Below are positions 1 through 9,130 of a DNA stretch of 64,000 bases, one piece after another. Origin of the DNA: an uncultured Planctomycetota bacterium (GTDB lineage: Bacteria; Planctomycetota; Planctomycetia; Isosphaerales; Isosphaeraceae); assembly GCA_963823665.1 (NCBI GenBank), contig CAWGMQ010000008.1, positions 1,888,001 through 1,952,000 of the forward strand, written 5' to 3'. Position numbers and translations under genes: made by a program. The notes below the pieces were generated by a model that ran no database searches, was not told where the DNA came from, and saw nothing but the letters and a program-made list of their open reading frames with translations. Each line of letters begins with the position of its first letter. Within the stretch, counting starts at the first letter, position 1.

Positions 1-3000
1 CGAGGTCGATGCGATCTTCCCGTCGTCCGAGCCAGCGGACGGCCGCGGCGCCGCGGACCCGCTGACCGCCGAGCTGCCACGGATCGCCGGCTACGAGGTG
101 CAGGAGGTACTGGGGCGCGGCGGGATGGGTGTCGTGTACCGGGCGCGGCACCTGCGGCTCGATCGCCCCGTCGCCATGAAGATGCTCCTGGCCGGCTCCT
201 ACGCCGGTCAAGAGGAGCGCGAGCGCTTCCAGCGGGAGGCGGAGGCGGTGGCTGGCCTTCGCCACGCGAATATCGTGCAGTTGTACGACGCCGGCGAGCT
301 GGACGCCCGGCCGTACTTCACCATGGAATTCGTCGAAGGTGGCAGCCTCGCTCAAAAGATCGCCGGCATGCCGCAACCGGCACGTCCGTCCGCCGCGCTG
401 CTTTCGCAGGTGGCGGAGGCCGTCCATTTCGCGCACCAGAGTGGCATCGTCCACCGCGACCTGACGCCGGCCAACATCTTGCTCGCCACCGACGGCACGC
501 CCAAGGTGACGGACTTCGGCCTGGCCCGCCGGCTCGAGCGAGGCAGTGGATTGACGCTCAGCGGCGTGCCGATGGGTACGCCGAGCTACATGGCCCCCGA
601 ACAGGCTCGGGGCGAGAAGGGGGCGGTCGGGCCGGCGACCGACGTGTATGCGCTGGGGGCCATCCTGTACGAGATGCTGACCGGGCGGCCGCCCTTCCGG
701 GCGGAGACGTCGACGGGGACCTTGCAGCAGGTGCTCCACGATGATCCGGTGCCGCCGTCGCGCCTCAACCCCGGGGTGCCGCGCGACCTCGCAACCATCT
801 GCCTGAAGTGCTTGTCCAAGGAGCCGCAGCGGCGCTATGCAAGCGCCGCCGCGCTGGCGGAAGACCTCCGCCGCTTCCTTCGGGGGGAGTCTATCGCGGC
901 ACGTCCGGCAGGGCCGCTGGAGCGCCTCGCCCGGTGGGCGCGGCGTAGCCCGGCGGCCGCGGCGCTGCTCGGCGTCACGTTGCTCGTGGCGACCACCGTG
1001 CTGGGCGCCGGGGGCTGGCTGATCGGTGGGCAGATTCTCACCGCGCGGGCGGTGAAGGCGGACTTGCGGGATGCGGACCGGTGGCAAGAGCAGTCGGCCC
1101 TCCCCGAGGCCGGCGCCGCGGTGGAGCGGGCCAAGTCCCGGCTCGGCGAAGGCGGGCCCTTCTGGCTGTACCCGGTTGTCGAGGCGGCCCGCCGCGATCA
1201 TCAGTTCCTGGTCCGGCTCGAGACGATCCGCCTGAATCGATGGACGCTGGTCGAGGGGCATTATAACCATGCCGCCCTGCTGCGCTTCAGCAAGGCGCGG
1301 GCGGATCGGGACTACGCCGAGGCTTTCCGGGACCACGGGCTGGGCGAGCCTCCCAACGACCCGCAGGGAGTCGCGGCGCGAGTCCGGGCCTCCAAATGGG
1401 CTGCCCACATTGTCGCCGCGCTGGACGACTGGGCGGTGTGTGCCGTCGACCCGGCCCGGCAGTATTGGCTGCTGGGCGTGGCCCGCCGGGCGGACCCCGA
1501 CCCCTGGCGCGACCGGGTGCGCGACCCGGCGGTTTGGAGAGATGGGAAGGCCCTGGCCGAGCTAGCGCGGGCGGTGCCACTGGCGGAGCAGCCCCTAACG
1601 CTGCTGCTGGCGCTGGGCGAACGGCTGTCCGCGACCGGTGAGGACGGTCTCGGCTTTGTCCGGCGCGTCCAGGAGCACCATCCCGAAGACTACTGGGCCA
1701 ACTTTACGCTGGCCCTGGCGCTGCACAACGCGGGAAGGCGCCGGGGGGTGATTCTGCACCGGCACTCGCCTATTACGAGAGGGCTCTGAAAATCCGCCCT
1801 GACGCGCTCCCCGTTCAGAACGATGTCGCCCTCGTACTGATTGACAAGAACTGGCTTGGGGACAATGAACGCCCGGGGAGGGGACCCGGGGGCGTTACTG
1901 TCTTTCATCAGCTGGTGAGGAACGCTCCGCACTTCGCTCCAGGCTTCAACAACCTCGGCGTGGCGTGGAAGAATAAGGGCGATTGGCAACAGGCGGGGCT
2001 GGCGTTCCAGGACGCCTTGTGGAACGATCCCGGGCTGGCCCCCGCGCATATCAACCTCGGCGAAGTCCGGGCTGGTTCGGGAGACCTCATCGAGGCGATC
2101 CCCGACTACCGGCGGGCCCTGGAGCTTGACCCCGATAATGCCCGGGCCCACCACTTACTCGGCGTCGCCCTGGTCGCCACGGCTCGCGGGGACGAGGCTA
2201 ACGACTTCTACCCGGAGGGCGTCCAATCCCTCGCCCAAGCCCGTGGTCAGGCCTTGACAGAGGGGGTGGCTCATTATTGGCAAGCACACGACTGTGATCC
2301 CAGGTGGATCTCGGCCCGGAACCCGCTCCGCATCCCTCCGCAGGGCGAACTCCGACTGACGGAAGCCATCGACCACTTCCGCGAAGCCGTCCGGCTGGAA
2401 CCTCAATTCGCCCAGGCCCATGGGTCGCTGGGCCAGGCGCTGCTCGCCCGGCGGGAGTTCACCGAGGCCGAGGCTGAGATCCGGCGCGGCCTCGCCTTGG
2501 TCCCCGAGGGGGACAAGCAGCTCCGCGCCAACCTGGAACGCCAACTGCAGCGCTGCCAGCGCCTGCGCACCCTGGAAGGTCGTATCCCTGCCGTCGTCCA
2601 GGGGAAGGACGGGCCCGCCGCTGCCGACTGCCTGGACTTGGCGGAACTCTGTTTCGTCAAGAAACACTACGCCACGGCCGCGCGCCTGTATGCCGAGGCG
2701 CTCGTGGCCACACCACAACTGACCGAGGACCTGCGCCGGCCAACGATTCAACGCTGCCTGCGCCGCGGCCCTAGGCGGAGGCGGTCATGGCGACGACGTG
2801 GACGGACTCGGGGAGCCGGAGCGGGAAGCGTTGCGCAAACAGGCGCGAAACTGGTTGCGCCTCGACCTGGCCGCCTGGGCCAAGAGGGTGGACACCGGCA
2901 CGGACGCGGATCGCATCCAGGCTTGGAAGACGTTGGCGCCCGGCGGGACGACCCCGACCTGGCTGGGCTGCGCGACGCGGAAACCCTCGAGAAACTGACT

Positions 3001-3078
3001 CCGTCCGAACGGCGGGAATGCCGAGCGCTGTGGCAAGACGTTGCAGCCCTACTCCGCCGTGCTCAAACGACCAAGTGA
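1..3078 (+). CDS. Ser/Thr protein kinase with TM segment and C-terminal TPR region; 5'-truncated by the window and split by about 3 frameshifts (~1745, ~2740, ~2945)
   Basis: GRGGMG, HRDLTPANILL, DFGLA and GTPSYMAPE in ORF 98..1789. An alternate frame after the G run at 1743-1748 reads ALAYYERALKIRP into TPR ORF 1915..3078. A second alternate frame reads RFNAACAAAL..LRKQARNWLRLDL (2798..2998). Confidence 0.85.
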
Positions 3079-3121
3079 GCATGGGGTTATGCTCAACTCA
3101 ACAGGCGTCGCGCGGAACTGA

Positions 3122-3601
3122 CTACGGCGCCTGGTTCCCGGCTGCCTCGCTCCGGTACCCGGTTTCGGTGCGTAGGCGATGGGCGACCAACTGGCTCATG
3201 ATCGCGAACAACACAGCTGTCGACATTCCGAAAAACAGAAGGCCGTTGGTTGCCTCGAGGGGGCTGAGCAACCGCCACCTCTCAGGCAGCGTGACGTCGC
3301 CATAACCGAAAGCCGTGAAATTCTGGGCGGAAAGGCAGAAAGCCGTCTCGAAGGTCGAGACCTGCCCGCACACAAGAAAGGCCACCGCCCAGAGGGCGAT
3401 CTGGATGAGGTGCGCAACCGCCGTGATCAGCGTAACGATCGCCAAGACGGCGGTGCCCCTCCAGAATCCCAGATCGCTGGAACCGCGTCGGAAGACCTTC
3501 ACCATCACACGCACGATAAGTTGCATCGCCGCGCCGTAGGCGAGCAGACCGCCGAAAAGCAGGACGGTGGCGACCGCGAGGGGCAAGATCATTTGCGGCA
3601 A
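3122..3601 (-). CDS. Small two-TM potassium channel family protein (Ion_trans_2-like)
   Basis: Hydrophobic helices flank the pore motif FTAFGYGD, followed by WRLLSPLEATNG. Confidence 0.85.
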   Translation of the reverse strand: MPQMILPLAVATVLLFGGLLAYGAAMQLIVRVMVKVFRRGSSDLGFWRGTAVLAIVTLITAVAHLIQIALWAVAFLVCGQVSTFETAFCLSAQNFTAFGYGDVTLPERWRLLSPLEATNGLLFFGMSTAVLFAIMSQLVAHRLRTETGYRSEAAGNQAP

Positions 3602-3619
3602 CTCCCCTTGAATCCATTG

Positions 3620-5155
3620 TCACTTCCGCCTTGCGCCCGATGCGGGTGAGGGCGTGGGGTTCGTCGGGCCCGCCGGAGGAGGGACGAGGGGTCGCAAGAC
3701 GGCTCCGGCGTGTGGGCCGGTCGGCGGCTCCTTGTAATACACGTAGGGGACGACCGACAACCCGATGAACAACGGCACCTTGTCCGGGTCGTAGTCGGCC
3801 AGCTCGATGCGGACCGGCAGCCGCTGGACGATCTTCACGTAGTTGCCCGTGGCATTCTGCGGCGGCAGCAGGGCGAGGGTTTGACCGGTGCCCATCGTAA
3901 AGCCGGTGATGCGGCCATCGAATTCATGCCGGCTACCGTACATGTCGAACTCACAACGCACCCGTTGGCCGATGCGCAAGTCAGCCAGTTGAGTCTCCTT
4001 GAAGTTGGCGTCAATCCAGATCTCGGTGAGCGAGCGCACAGCCAGGAGGCTTTGCCCGGCCTGGACATTGTTGCCGGGGTTGACGTTGCGGCTGGTCACG
4101 ACGCCGTCGATCTCGCTCCTGACGTCGCAATAACGGAGGTCGAGCTCGGCCAGCGCGAGGTCGCGCCGGGCCTGTTGAAGCTTCGTCTCGGCCTGCTTGA
4201 TGGACGGCGCCCGGGCGATTAGATTGGCAAAGATGCGATCGAGATTGCGCTCTGGGTCTTGCCTCTCGAATATGTCGAGGGCTTGCTTGGGGCTCAAGAC
4301 CCACGAAGGGGGAGCGAACCCCAGCAGCGAGGCGCTGCGATACACTTGTCCCAGCGCCTGCCGGATCGCCGAGTAACTCTGGTCGAGGTCGTCGGGAACC
4401 TCGCCCAGGTCGTGGCCCGTGGGAGGCTGGGCTGGCAGACCCAGGCCGACTCGCGACGCCCGCACTGCCTCGAGCGCTTGATCGAGAGCCGCCTGAGCGA
4501 CCTTGACCGACTGGCGCCGCTGGTCGAGCTCCTCCTTGCTGATGCCTCCACTCGGCAAGAGCTCCTCGCCCCGCCTGGAGTTGTTCCCCGCCAGCTCCAG
4601 AGTCGCCTGCCTGCTCTTCAAGGTCGCGATGTTGGACCGCAGGTTGGCGACCTGAGTGTGGACGTCCTCGATGGCGCGCTCGAGCTGGAACCGATCGGTC
4701 TGAAGCTGAGCTATCAGACCGCGCGTCTGCGCTTGGGCGGCCGCCAGGTCCGCCTCGGCCGCCGTCACGGCGGCCTTCTTGACCGCAACCAGGTCCTCGA
4801 AGGGTTCCGTGTCGAGCTGGACCAGCAAGTCCCCCTTCTTCACGCGGTCGTTGTCATCGACCAACACCCGACTCACCTGGCCTGACACGCGGGGAGCAAC
4901 CAGGGTCACGTGGCCGTTGACGTAAGCGTCATCGGTGGAAACCGTGTTCAGCGCCGTTTCCACCGCCGGCTTCAGGAGATATCCCCCCACCGCCAATCCG
5001 CCCAACGCTCCCAGCCCCAGCATTAGTTTTCGCCAGCGGTGGGATGGCGGCCTGGCCTCGGCTGGTTTGGGCGTTTCATTCGTCGCCAGCGTCTTGGGAG
5101 GGTCCGTCCTGGTATCCGTTACCGTCTCCGAGATCTCGTCATGCGTGCTTGCCAT
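3620..5155 (-). CDS. HlyD/EmrA-family membrane fusion protein
   Basis: N-terminal TM, STDDAYVNGH, APRVSG, ANFKETQL, LLPPQNATGNYVKIVQRLPVRI. Confidence 0.92.
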   Translation of the reverse strand: MASTHDEISETVTDTRTDPPKTLATNETPKPAEARPPSHRWRKLMLGLGALGGLAVGGYLLKPAVETALNTVSTDDAYVNGHVTLVAPRVSGQVSRVLVDDNDRVKKGDLLVQLDTEPFEDLVAVKKAAVTAAEADLAAAQAQTRGLIAQLQTDRFQLERAIEDVHTQVANLRSNIATLKSRQATLELAGNNSRRGEELLPSGGISKEELDQRRQSVKVAQAALDQALEAVRASRVGLGLPAQPPTGHDLGEVPDDLDQSYSAIRQALGQVYRSASLLGFAPPSWVLSPKQALDIFERQDPERNLDRIFANLIARAPSIKQAETKLQQARRDLALAELDLRYCDVRSEIDGVVTSRNVNPGNNVQAGQSLLAVRSLTEIWIDANFKETQLADLRIGQRVRCEFDMYGSRHEFDGRITGFTMGTGQTLALLPPQNATGNYVKIVQRLPVRIELADYDPDKVPLFIGLSVVPYVYYKEPPTGPHAGAVLRPLVPPPAGPTNPTPSPASGARRK

Positions 5156-5185
5156 CTAAGTAACTCCCCTTCGGACTGCCAGACA

Positions 5186-6136
5186 TCATGTCCGACCTCC
5201 TTTGATCGAAGCCTGCCCCGCCGCCGAGCCTGTCGACTCGAAGATGTCCACCCACTCTCGATAGCGGCGCGCGATTTCGCTGACCGCGACCTCCCGCGTA
5301 ATCCGACCATCCTTCCAGTCAGCCAGCGGGCCCCAGAAGCTCGTCCGGCCCACGGCGAAGCCGATGAACCCCGTCACGGCCGCCGCGGTCTGCAGCCACT
5401 GGCGGACCTTCGCGTCATCCTCACCGCGGCCGAGGACGATGCAGCCGACGTGGTCTCGCCCACCCCGCCGCACCGAGGCGACGACCTTCAGACAATCCTC
5501 GGGCCCGTCGATCCCCTCGATCTTCCAGACGTCCGGCTCGACACCCGCGGCCTGCAGCTTCGTGATCGCCCGCACCATCAGCTCGGGCCGAAGTCCCCGA
5601 TCGTATTCCTTCTTGTCACCGCCGGAACGGCTGAGCTGCCCCGGCGTCGGGGGCACCAGCAGCTCGAACATGAAGCGGCTGCGACTCCGAGAATGAAGAT
5701 GGTCCGACAATCGCCTCAGCCGCTCGGCCTGGCGCCGATTCAGAGACGCGTCGCCCTCGGGGTTGTATCGCACGAGGACCTTGCAGAAGGTCGGACAGAA
5801 CTCCTCGATGTGACGGGCGAAGTCGTCGCCGTACTCGAAGTCAAAATCGTCCTGGCCGCTCTTCTCGGCCGGGCAGGCGGTGATGTATCCGCGGGTCGCC
5901 GCGTCGCGCAGGATGTCGGCGCCGAACTGCTCGTCGACCAAGATGCCGGCGCGATCCCCTGGAACCCCGAGGGCGAGCGCCTCCTTGAAGCCGTCGTAGA
6001 TGACGAGCTTCATGGCGGTGATCTGGCCGGCCTGCCCCGGGGTCAGCGACCCGTGCCAGCCGAACATGTTCTTCTGGAATGTCCCCCGGTGATCGAAGGG
6101 CAGCACGTAGAGCGGTCGGTCGTATCCGATAGTCAT
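5186..6136 (-). CDS. DUF2090 / IolC C-terminal-like class I aldolase-fold protein (stand-alone)
   Basis: PFDHRG, PDVWKIEG, VLGRG and GFAVGRT motifs. Start moved to ATG at 6136 (MTIGYDRPLY). Confidence 0.75.
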   Translation of the reverse strand: MTIGYDRPLYVLPFDHRGTFQKNMFGWHGSLTPGQAGQITAMKLVIYDGFKEALALGVPGDRAGILVDEQFGADILRDAATRGYITACPAEKSGQDDFDFEYGDDFARHIEEFCPTFCKVLVRYNPEGDASLNRRQAERLRRLSDHLHSRSRSRFMFELLVPPTPGQLSRSGGDKKEYDRGLRPELMVRAITKLQAAGVEPDVWKIEGIDGPEDCLKVVASVRRGGRDHVGCIVLGRGEDDAKVRQWLQTAAAVTGFIGFAVGRTSFWGPLADWKDGRITREVAVSEIARRYREWVDIFESTGSAAGQASIKGGRT

Positions 6137-6219
6137 GATGATCGGTTCTCCTCGGGTTGGGTTCGGGATGCTGAAGCGGGCGCGAAGGAGCCCGCCGGGC
6201 TGTCCATTCCACCGGGTCG

Positions 6220-8358
6220 TCACGCAGAACCGTCTCCTCCCACAAGGACGACAATAGAGCGTGATAGGACCCGGTATCGCAGCGAGGCCACCGCGGCCTC
6301 CTCGCCTGGGTCCGCGATGTCGAGGGGGCTATCGAGCCCTGTGTCGATCGCACGGCGCCAGCCGCCCGGAGGGCTCTCCTGGATCTCGAAGTCGAGCGGC
6401 TCGTGGTACGCATTGATCATGACGTAGAGGTCGCGGTCACCCAGGGACGCCCCGTGCAAGCAATAGGCAAGGCTGTGCGATTCGAACGACAGGTCGACGT
6501 CCGGCCCGACGCCGTACCAGCGGACATCCTCGCGCCAGAAGGACAATCGGCCGAGACTCGGATGAGCCTTGCGGAAGGCGACCATCCGCTTCGCGAAGCG
6601 GTGAAAATCGGCATGCCGCTCGATGCACGACCAGTCGAGCCATGATGTCTCGTTGTTCTGGTTGTAGGGGTTGTTGTTGCCGCGCTGCGTTCGAAGAAAC
6701 TCATCGCCGGCGGCGAACATCGGCACTCCGTTGGCCAGCAACAGGAGGCAGAAGATGTTCTTCGCCTGGCGCTGGCGCAGGTCCATCACCGCGGCGGGCA
6801 CATCCTCGTCTCCCTCCCAGCCGCAGTTCCAGGTCAGGTTGTCCGCGGCTCCGTCGGTGTTGCCGTGGCCGTTGGGCCAGTTGCGTTTCTCGTTGTAGGA
6901 GACGGCGTCGTAGAGGGTGAAGCCGTCGTGGCAGGTGACGTAATTCACCGACTCGAAAGGCCGGTGCGCATTGCGGGAGTTGTCGGGGAACAGGTCGTCG
7001 CTGCCGTAGAGCCGGAGCATGAGCGCCCCAACCATGCCGGGATCGCCGCGGACGAACCGGCGGATGTCGTCCCGGAACCGGCCGTTCCATTGGGACCACC
7101 CCGGCCCGGGGAACTGAGTCCCGAGCTGATAGGCCCAGCCGGCATCCCAGGGCTCAGCGATCAGGTGGACGTGGCGCAGGACCGGATCGGTGCGGATGGC
7201 GGCCAGGAGCGATGTGTCGGCGGCCTCGAGCGCGCCGCCGGGCCCACGGCCCAGCACGGAGGCGAGGTCGAAGCGGAAGCCGTCGACGTGCATCTCCGTC
7301 ACCCAGTAGCGCAGGCTCTCGAGGATCAACGTCCAGGTGCAGATGCTGGCGCAGGCCAAGGTGTGGCCGCAGCCGGTGTAGTCGCGGTAAATCGCTCGCG
7401 GGTCGTCGGACATCATATAGAAGGCGACGTTGTCGATTCCGCGGTAACTGTAGGTGGGCCCGTCCGGGCCGGCCTCGGCGGTGTGGTTGTAGACGACATC
7501 GACGATGACCTGGATGTCTGCCGCGTGCAGGGCGCGGACCATCGCGCGGAACTCGTCGCGGGCTTCACGGGCATCCGACGCATAGCCGGCGTGCGGGGCG
7601 AAGAAGTTCAGAGGCATGTAGCCCCAGTAATTGCCCTCCTGCGGGTCGAACTGCTGCACGGGGAGCAGCTCGACGATGGTGATCCCCAGCTCCTTCAGGT
7701 AGGGGATCTTGTCGATCACACCGGCGAAGGTGCCCCTGCGCTCGGGCGGGACGCCGCTGTTGGGATTCCGCGTGAAGCCGCGGAGGTGCATCTCGTAGAT
7801 GATCATGGTGTCCGGCTGAAGTGGCGGCGTCCGGTCGGGAACCGGGCCGGGGCTCGGCCCTGGTCGTGGCAGGACACCCAGTGGCGCCCGCCCCAGGTTC
7901 GAGCCCGGCCGCCTGGCGGCCTCGCGATCGAAGTCCGGCGGGAAGAAGACCTCCTTCGCGCAGGGGTCGAGCAGGATTTTCTCCGGATCGTACGCGTGCC
8001 ACATCCCCGGCCCGGCGGCGCGGGGCCCGTCGATCCGGTAGGCGTAGTACCGCGCCGCGCCGATATCCCCGCCGACCCGGCAATGCCACATCACCCAGGT
8101 CTTGTTCACCCGCGGATCCAGGCGAAATTCGAGGAGCGGGCGGCCGAGGTCGTCCTCGGCGAATAGCAATAACACCACGCTCTCGGCGTGCTTGGCATAG
8201 AGCGAGAAGTTGTAGGCTTGCTCCGCCTCGATCCATGAGGCTCCCGGCGGAAGGATCTCCCCTTGGGACCGGGCAACGATCGCCGACGGGGGATGAACCT
8301 GACCGCGGCGTGCCTGCCGATTCGACGTGATGAGAGTGGTTTCCGCTGTCATGAACAT
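6220..8358 (-). CDS. glgX: Glycogen debranching enzyme / isoamylase (GH13)
   Basis: IIYEMHLRGFT, NYWGY, DVVYNHTAE, GFRFDLAS, LIAEPWD, TCHDGFTL, GNNNPY. Confidence 0.93.
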   Translation of the reverse strand: MFMTAETTLITSNRQARRGQVHPPSAIVARSQGEILPPGASWIEAEQAYNFSLYAKHAESVVLLLFAEDDLGRPLLEFRLDPRVNKTWVMWHCRVGGDIGAARYYAYRIDGPRAAGPGMWHAYDPEKILLDPCAKEVFFPPDFDREAARRPGSNLGRAPLGVLPRPGPSPGPVPDRTPPLQPDTMIIYEMHLRGFTRNPNSGVPPERRGTFAGVIDKIPYLKELGITIVELLPVQQFDPQEGNYWGYMPLNFFAPHAGYASDAREARDEFRAMVRALHAADIQVIVDVVYNHTAEAGPDGPTYSYRGIDNVAFYMMSDDPRAIYRDYTGCGHTLACASICTWTLILESLRYWVTEMHVDGFRFDLASVLGRGPGGALEAADTSLLAAIRTDPVLRHVHLIAEPWDAGWAYQLGTQFPGPGWSQWNGRFRDDIRRFVRGDPGMVGALMLRLYGSDDLFPDNSRNAHRPFESVNYVTCHDGFTLYDAVSYNEKRNWPNGHGNTDGAADNLTWNCGWEGDEDVPAAVMDLRQRQAKNIFCLLLLANGVPMFAAGDEFLRTQRGNNNPYNQNNETSWLDWSCIERHADFHRFAKRMVAFRKAHPSLGRLSFWREDVRWYGVGPDVDLSFESHSLAYCLHGASLGDRDLYVMINAYHEPLDFEIQESPPGGWRRAIDTGLDSPLDIADPGEEAAVASLRYRVLSRSIVVLVGGDGSA

Positions 8359-8417
8359 CGCCGGACGCTGCCGGCTCCTACGAGGATTGTGGACATCTCG
8401 GATCGAGGGATTGCCGC

Positions 8418-9017
8418 CTACAGCTTCCCGAGCGGCCCCGCGGGCGACGGGTCAATCGGCTGGCCGACGTCCGGATAGACGCCCAGCCCGAGTTTCAGGA
8501 GCGTTCGATAATCCTGCATGGAACCCTTGATGAACTCGTCGCCGAAGCCGGCCGCGACGGCCGCATCCACGGCCGCGGTGAAGGCGTCCCGCGCCGCCAG
8601 GTCCGCCCCCACATTCGCCAGTTGCGAAAAGGAGTTCGGTTGTCGCGTGCCCATCAAGTCGACTTCCGCCGGCTCGTCGCGCAGGCCAAGGGATTCCATC
8701 GCGGCCGCGGCCGCGTGGGTCGTCCACACGACCGCCCCGACCGCCGTCTCGCGCACGTACTCGCCCTGCGCGATCGCCCGACAGGCCTCGACCTCCTGGA
8801 TCGCGGTGGGCACATCACGGCAGGGCGAGCACCTCGCGAAGTCCTCCGCCAGGCGGATGGCACCGTCGATGGCCGTCCGGCATCGATCCCTGTCCGGGTG
8901 GCCATCGGGCAGGAGGCCGAGGGATTCCACGCGCCGAGTGCAGCGGGCGGCCAGGGCGACGATCGCCCGGAGCGGTAGCTTCTTCAGGTCTTCTGTCGAA
9001 ATATTCGGGACGATCAT
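8418..9017 (-). CDS. Hypothetical Ala-rich helical protein
   Basis: 199-aa ORF co-oriented inside the operon, with GAGGTG RBS. No recognisable catalytic motif. Confidence 0.7.
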   Translation of the reverse strand: MIVPNISTEDLKKLPLRAIVALAARCTRRVESLGLLPDGHPDRDRCRTAIDGAIRLAEDFARCSPCRDVPTAIQEVEACRAIAQGEYVRETAVGAVVWTTHAAAAAMESLGLRDEPAEVDLMGTRQPNSFSQLANVGADLAARDAFTAAVDAAVAAGFGDEFIKGSMQDYRTLLKLGLGVYPDVGQPIDPSPAGPLGKL

Positions 9018-9130
9018 GATTCACCTCTCACGGATGGGGCTGGCATGGTTTGGTCGCTCCTCGATGAGTTGTGGATGACGGATAACGGAGACGGATTCAC
9101 CTCGGCCCGATATCTTACCGGCCGACTGGC

